Of a stretch of 64,000 bases of DNA, positions 60,199 to 64,000 are shown piece by piece. The DNA comes from an uncultured Actinomycetota bacterium (GTDB taxonomy: Bacteria; Actinomycetota; Actinomycetes; Propionibacteriales; Nocardioidaceae): the NCBI GenBank assembly GCA_963831375.1, contig CAWHPY010000026.1, positions 362,627-426,626 of the forward strand, given 5' to 3'. The translations under genes and the position numbers were made by a program. The notes beneath the pieces were generated by a model. It made no database searches. It saw only the letters and a program-made list of their open reading frames with translations, and was not told where the DNA came from. Positions within the stretch are counted from its first letter, which is position 1. The number at the start of each line of letters is the position of its first letter.

Positions 60199-61119
60199 GT
60201 GCCAGAGACGGTGATCACCGTGCGAGGCCTACGGATGCGGTACGGCGACCGCGACGTGCTGGCGGGAGTCGACTTCGACATACGCCGCGGCGAGGTGGTG
60301 TGCCTCCTCGGGCCGAACGGGGCGGGGAAGACCACGACGATCGAGATCCTGGAAGGGTTCCGGTTGCGCAGCGCCGGCGAGATGTCGGTGCTCGACGCGG
60401 ACCCGGCCACCGCCGGTGAGGACTGGCGGGCCCGCACCGGAGTGGTCCTCCAGTCCTGGCGCGACCATCCGCGGTGGACGCCGCGGCGGCTGCTCACCCA
60501 GCTCGGCGGCTACTACGCCCCGTACTCGACACCGGAACGACCCAGACCCTTCGACGTCGACGCACTCATCGAGACTGTCGGGCTCGCTGACCTCGCGGAC
60601 AACAAGATCGCCACCCTCTCCGGCGGTCAGCGCCGGCGGCTCGACGTGGCCGTGGGGATCGTGGGTCGGCCCGACCTGTTGTTCCTCGACGAACCGACCG
60701 CCGGGTTCGACCCGCATGCGCGTCGTGAGTTCCATACCCTGGTCGACAGGCTCTCCGCGCTCGAGAACACCACGATCCTGCTGACCACGCACGACCTCGG
60801 GGAGGCCGAGAAGGTTGCCGACCGGATCCTGGTCCTCGCGGGAGGGCGGATCGTCGCGGACGGTACCGCGGACCAGCTGGCCAGGCAGGTGGCCGGCGAG
60901 ACCGAGGTGCGGTGGACCGTCGACGGGGAGCAGTACACGGAGACATCGCCGGACGCGACCGCACTCGTCCGCGGTCTGTTCGCGGAGTACGGCGATCGCC
61001 TGGGAGACCTCGAGGTCCGGCGGGCCAGCCTGGAGGACACCTACCTGGCGTTGGTGCAGCAGCACGAGTCCGGCGACTCCGACCTCGCGGTGCGCCTGTT
61101 CGAAGGGGTCACGAAATGA
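60199..61119 (+). CDS. ABC-2 exporter ATP-binding protein
   Basis: GPNGAGKTT, LSGGQRRR, LDEPTAGFD, TTH. Confidence 0.95.
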   Translation: MPETVITVRGLRMRYGDRDVLAGVDFDIRRGEVVCLLGPNGAGKTTTIEILEGFRLRSAGEMSVLDADPATAGEDWRARTGVVLQSWRDHPRWTPRRLLTQLGGYYAPYSTPERPRPFDVDALIETVGLADLADNKIATLSGGQRRRLDVAVGIVGRPDLLFLDEPTAGFDPHARREFHTLVDRLSALENTTILLTTHDLGEAEKVADRILVLAGGRIVADGTADQLARQVAGETEVRWTVDGEQYTETSPDATALVRGLFAEYGDRLGDLEVRRASLEDTYLALVQQHESGDSDLAVRLFEGVTK

Positions 61120-61970
61120 ACCCTCGGGTGCACGCCATCCGGCTCGGGCTTCGCAGAGGCGTGACCGAGTTCAGGCAGAGCGTGCGGAGTCCCCAGGACC
61201 AGGGGTACTACCTCTTCACCGCGGCTTGTGTCCTCGGCTACCTCCTGCTCCGGCGCAACACGAAGGTCGAGGGCACCGACCTCCTGCTGCCGTCGGTGGC
61301 ACTTCCGAGCATCCTCGCCGCCCTGGTCGCGTTCGGCGTGGTGATCGGGCCGGCGTACGCCCTCGCCATGGAGCGGGAGGACGGGACCTTGCTGCGGCAC
61401 AAGGCGGTGCCGCACGGGCTGGTGGGCTACTTCACCGGGCAGCTGCTGTTCAACAGCCTCTCCTTGGTCCCGCAGATGCTGGTGATCCTGGTGCCGAGCT
61501 TCCTGATCTTCGACGACCTGATGGCCAACGGGGCTTCGGGCTGGTTGACGGTGACCTGGGTCCTCGTCCTCGGCTTGCTCGCGACGATGCCGATCGGGAT
61601 GGTCATCGGGGCGACCGTGCCGAACACCCAGAAGGTGGGGACATGGGGGATGCTCCCGATCCTGGTACTCACCGGTATCTCCGGCATCTTCTACCCGATC
61701 CAGGCGATGTGGGGATGGGTGCAGGTGGTCGCTCAGGTCTTCCCCATGTACTGGCTGGGGTTGGGGATGCGCTCGGCGTTCCTGCCCGACTCGGCCGCAG
61801 TGATCGAGGTGGGCGGGTCCTGGCGTCCGGTCGAGACGGCTCTGGTGCTCGGCGCCTGGGCGCTGGCCGGGGTGCTCGTGGTGCCGGGCGTACTCCGTCG
61901 GATGGCTCGCCGGCAGTCCGGGTCACAGGTCGAAGCCGCCCGTGAGCAGGCGGTGCAGTGGATCAGATGA
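61116..61970 (+). CDS. ABC-2 type exporter permease
   Basis: Six hydrophobic segments; EREDGTL.R, SGIFYPI, QVFPMYWL; ATGA overlap. Confidence 0.92.
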   Translation: MNPRVHAIRLGLRRGVTEFRQSVRSPQDQGYYLFTAACVLGYLLLRRNTKVEGTDLLLPSVALPSILAALVAFGVVIGPAYALAMEREDGTLLRHKAVPHGLVGYFTGQLLFNSLSLVPQMLVILVPSFLIFDDLMANGASGWLTVTWVLVLGLLATMPIGMVIGATVPNTQKVGTWGMLPILVLTGISGIFYPIQAMWGWVQVVAQVFPMYWLGLGMRSAFLPDSAAVIEVGGSWRPVETALVLGAWALAGVLVVPGVLRRMARRQSGSQVEAAREQAVQWIR

Positions 61971-62008
61971 GCCCCGGGTGCGGATTAGGAGCCGTGCGGG
62001 CCGTCTGG

Positions 62009-62062
62009 CAGAATGTCGTGTCGAGTCCTGCGTGCTCGGACCCTCTCATCCGGGTCACGCAG
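62009..62062 (+). promoter_or_regulatory. rpsP promoter (-10) and 5' leader hairpin
   Basis: TGG-CAGAAT at 62006-62014; stem CTGCGTG-CTCGGA / TCCGGG-T-CACGCAG with loop CCCTCTCA (62028-62062). Confidence 0.6.
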
Positions 62063-62143
62063 CGTCCGCCGAGCTGATCGGCCTGGTCCCCACCTGGTTC
62101 GTGACGCTCACCCACGCCAATAAATCAAGGAGACACCACACTC

Positions 62144-62761
62144 GTGGCCGTCAAGATTCGTCTTAAGCGCATGGGCAAGATCCGTGCGCCGTACTACCGC
62201 ATCGTCGCCGTCGACGGACGCAAGAAGCGCGATGGCCGGGTCATCGAAGAGATCGGCAAGTACCACCCCAAGGAAGAGCCCTCGGTGATCGAGGTCAAGT
62301 CCGAGCGGGCGCAGTACTGGCTCGGGGTCGGTGCGCAGCCGTCAGAGGCGGTCGCCGCGATCCTCAAGATCACCGGTGACTGGCAGAAGTTCAAGGGCCT
62401 CCCCGGCGCCGAGGGCACCCTCAAGGTCGCCGAGCCGAAGCGTGACAAGGCCGAGATCTTCAACGAGGCTCTCAAGGAGTCTGCCAACGAGCCCAGGGGC
62501 GAGGCGGTCACCAAGAAGTCGAAGAAGATGGAGACTCCCGCCGACGAGGCCCCAGTGGCTCCCAAGCAGGAGGCACCGGTGGCCCCCAAGCAGGAGGCTC
62601 CGGCCGCCACCGAGACCCCGAAGGTCGAGACCCCTAAGGGTGCGACCGAGGAGGCCGAGGCTGCCGAGGTCAAGGCGCTCGACGCCGACAAGGCCGAGGA
62701 GAAGGCCGGCGGCGACGCCCCGGCTGACAAGGCCGGCGTCGACGAGGCCGAGAAGGCCTGA
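62144..62761 (+). CDS. rpsP: 30S ribosomal protein S16 with long acidic C-terminal extension
   Basis: [12 protein letters not shown]...[25 protein letters not shown]; tail with PVAPKQEA twice. Confidence 0.98.
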   Translation: MAVKIRLKRMGKIRAPYYRIVAVDGRKKRDGRVIEEIGKYHPKEEPSVIEVKSERAQYWLGVGAQPSEAVAAILKITGDWQKFKGLPGAEGTLKVAEPKRDKAEIFNEALKESANEPRGEAVTKKSKKMETPADEAPVAPKQEAPVAPKQEAPAATETPKVETPKGATEEAEAAEVKALDADKAEEKAGGDAPADKAGVDEAEKA

Positions 62762-62763
62762 TC

Positions 62764-63006
62764 GTGTTGACCGAAGCGCTCGAGCACCTGGTGCGGGGCA
62801 TCGTCGACAACCCCGATGACGTCACCGTCCGCGACAAGCAGCTTCGTCGCGGTTCCATCCTCGAGGTGCGCGTGCACCCCGAGGACCTCGGCAAGGTCAT
62901 CGGCCGGGGCGGGCGTACGGCCACCGCAATCCGCACCGTGATCAGCGCGCTCGCCGGAAAGGGCGGGGCCCGGGTTGACTTCGTCGATGTGGACCGTCGC
63001 CGCTGA
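62764..63006 (+). CDS. khpA: KH-domain RNA-binding protein
   Basis: LEHLVRGIVDNPDDV, VRVHPEDLGKVIGRGGRTA. Confidence 0.95.
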   Translation: MLTEALEHLVRGIVDNPDDVTVRDKQLRRGSILEVRVHPEDLGKVIGRGGRTATAIRTVISALAGKGGARVDFVDVDRRR

Positions 63007-63010
63007 CTCG

Positions 63011-63231
63011 GTTGAAACGCGCCTCGTTCGCCGATGAGACGCGTCTTGTTCGGCACAGATGATCGTTCTGTCGGATGGGGAGGCCTGCTGGTCTCCCCAT
63101 TCGGCATTTCCGGCGGTACGTCGGACCCGCGACCTTCGTGACGCACCGAACGAGTCGGGTTTCAACGCGAGCGAGGCGCGACTCAACAGCGAACGAGGCG
63201 GGTCTCAACAGCGAACGAGGCGGGTTTCAAC
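63011..63231. mobile_element. 221-bp MITE-like element: two left-arm and four right-arm 22-bp repeats around a 90-bp core
   Basis: Left GTTGAAACGCGCCTCGTTCGCC / GATGAGACGCGTCTTGTTCGGC. Right units end in TCAAC at 63166, 63187, 63209, 63231. Core hairpin ATGGGGAG/CTCCCCAT. Confidence 0.7.
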
Positions 63232-63248
63232 GGGAGGATGGTGCACCA

Positions 63249-63821
63249 GTGAGCACGACCGAGGTCGTGGTCGGCCGGATCGGCAAGCCGCACGGCATCA
63301 AGGGTGAGCTGACGGTCGAGCTGCGCACCGACGAGCCCGACCGTCGATTCGCCGCCGGTGCCGTGCTCGCCACCGAGACCCCGCGGGGCGGCGCGCCGCA
63401 CGGCGCCGACCGACCCGCCACGCTCACCGTGAAGACCACTCGCTGGCACCAGTCCCGGTTGCTGGTGACGTTCGCCGAGGTGGCCGGCCGCAACCAGGCC
63501 GAGGCGGTGCGCGGCCTCCTCCTGCTCGCCGCCATCGACGACACCGAGACGCCCGAGGACCCCGAGGAGTTCTACGACCACCAGCTGGTCGGGCTCACCG
63601 TGGTCACCACCGACGGCGGCGAGGTCGGCGAGCTCGCCGAGGTGGTGCACGGATCCGCCCAGGACCTGCTGTCGGTCAGGACGTCCGACGGACGTGAGGT
63701 GCTGATTCCGTTCGTCTCCCAGCTCGTACCCACCGTCGACGTACCCGGTGGCCGGATCGTCGTGGAGGACCGGCCCGGCCTGCTCACTCCCGCGGTGGAG
63801 GACGAGGAAGGCGGCGCCTGA
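63249..63821 (+). CDS. rimM: Ribosome maturation factor RimM
   Basis: [43 protein letters not shown]. Confidence 0.96.
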   Translation: MSTTEVVVGRIGKPHGIKGELTVELRTDEPDRRFAAGAVLATETPRGGAPHGADRPATLTVKTTRWHQSRLLVTFAEVAGRNQAEAVRGLLLLAAIDDTETPEDPEEFYDHQLVGLTVVTTDGGEVGELAEVVHGSAQDLLSVRTSDGREVLIPFVSQLVPTVDVPGGRIVVEDRPGLLTPAVEDEEGGA

Positions 63822-63822
63822 G

Positions 63823-64000
63823 ATGCGTATCGACGTGATCTCCATCTTCCCCGACTACCTCGCCCCGCTGAACCTGTCGCTGGTCGGCAAGGCCCAGGCG
63901 TCCGGGCTGCTCGACGTCCGCGTGCACGACCTGCGGCAGTGGACCACCGACCGCCACCACACCGTGGACGACACCCCGTACGGCGGAGGCGCCGGCATGG
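63823..64000 (+). CDS. trmD: tRNA (guanine-N1)-methyltransferase (3' end outside window)
   Basis: [37 protein letters not shown]. Confidence 0.96.
   Translation, partial: MRIDVISIFPDYLAPLNLSLVGKAQASGLLDVRVHDLRQWTTDRHHTVDDTPYGGGAGM

Overview
High-GC actinobacterial chromosome segment. Gene order and protein style suggest Nocardioidaceae (Nocardioides/Marmoricola-like); this is inference. The backbone is conserved housekeeping synteny: ilvE, cimA, gltX with tRNA-Gln/tRNA-Glu, ndgR-leuCD, hupB, cofC, plsC-gpsA, ddl, thiL, rpmB, DAK2-recG-rsmD-coaD, sepIVA-yceD-rpmF-rnc-mutM, smc, ftsY, amt-glnK-glnD, ffh, rpsP-khpA-rimM-trmD. Small accessory genes are slotted between these. No integrase, transposase, prophage or CRISPR array was found. 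Most interesting observations: (1) A family of degenerate 22-bp tandem repeats (consensus GTTGAGACCCGCCTCGTTCGCN) at four intergenic loci. At two loci, inward-facing arrays bound a discrete element. One of these (33275-33732) encloses a self-promoted superinfection-immunity-type membrane protein gene, suggesting a repeat-bounded cargo cassette. (2) A probable leaderless leader peptide MNQLSNIIIS with three tandem Ile codons, followed by a terminator, in front of citramalate synthase: a probable isoleucine attenuator. (3) A lipoprotein plus PKD-like secreted protein pair with a mosaic codon-usage pattern. About a dozen single-base indels, mostly in homopolymers and mostly at 27-41 kb, break core genes and are most likely sequencing or assembly errors. 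Start positions and counts were read by eye and may be off by a few bases.
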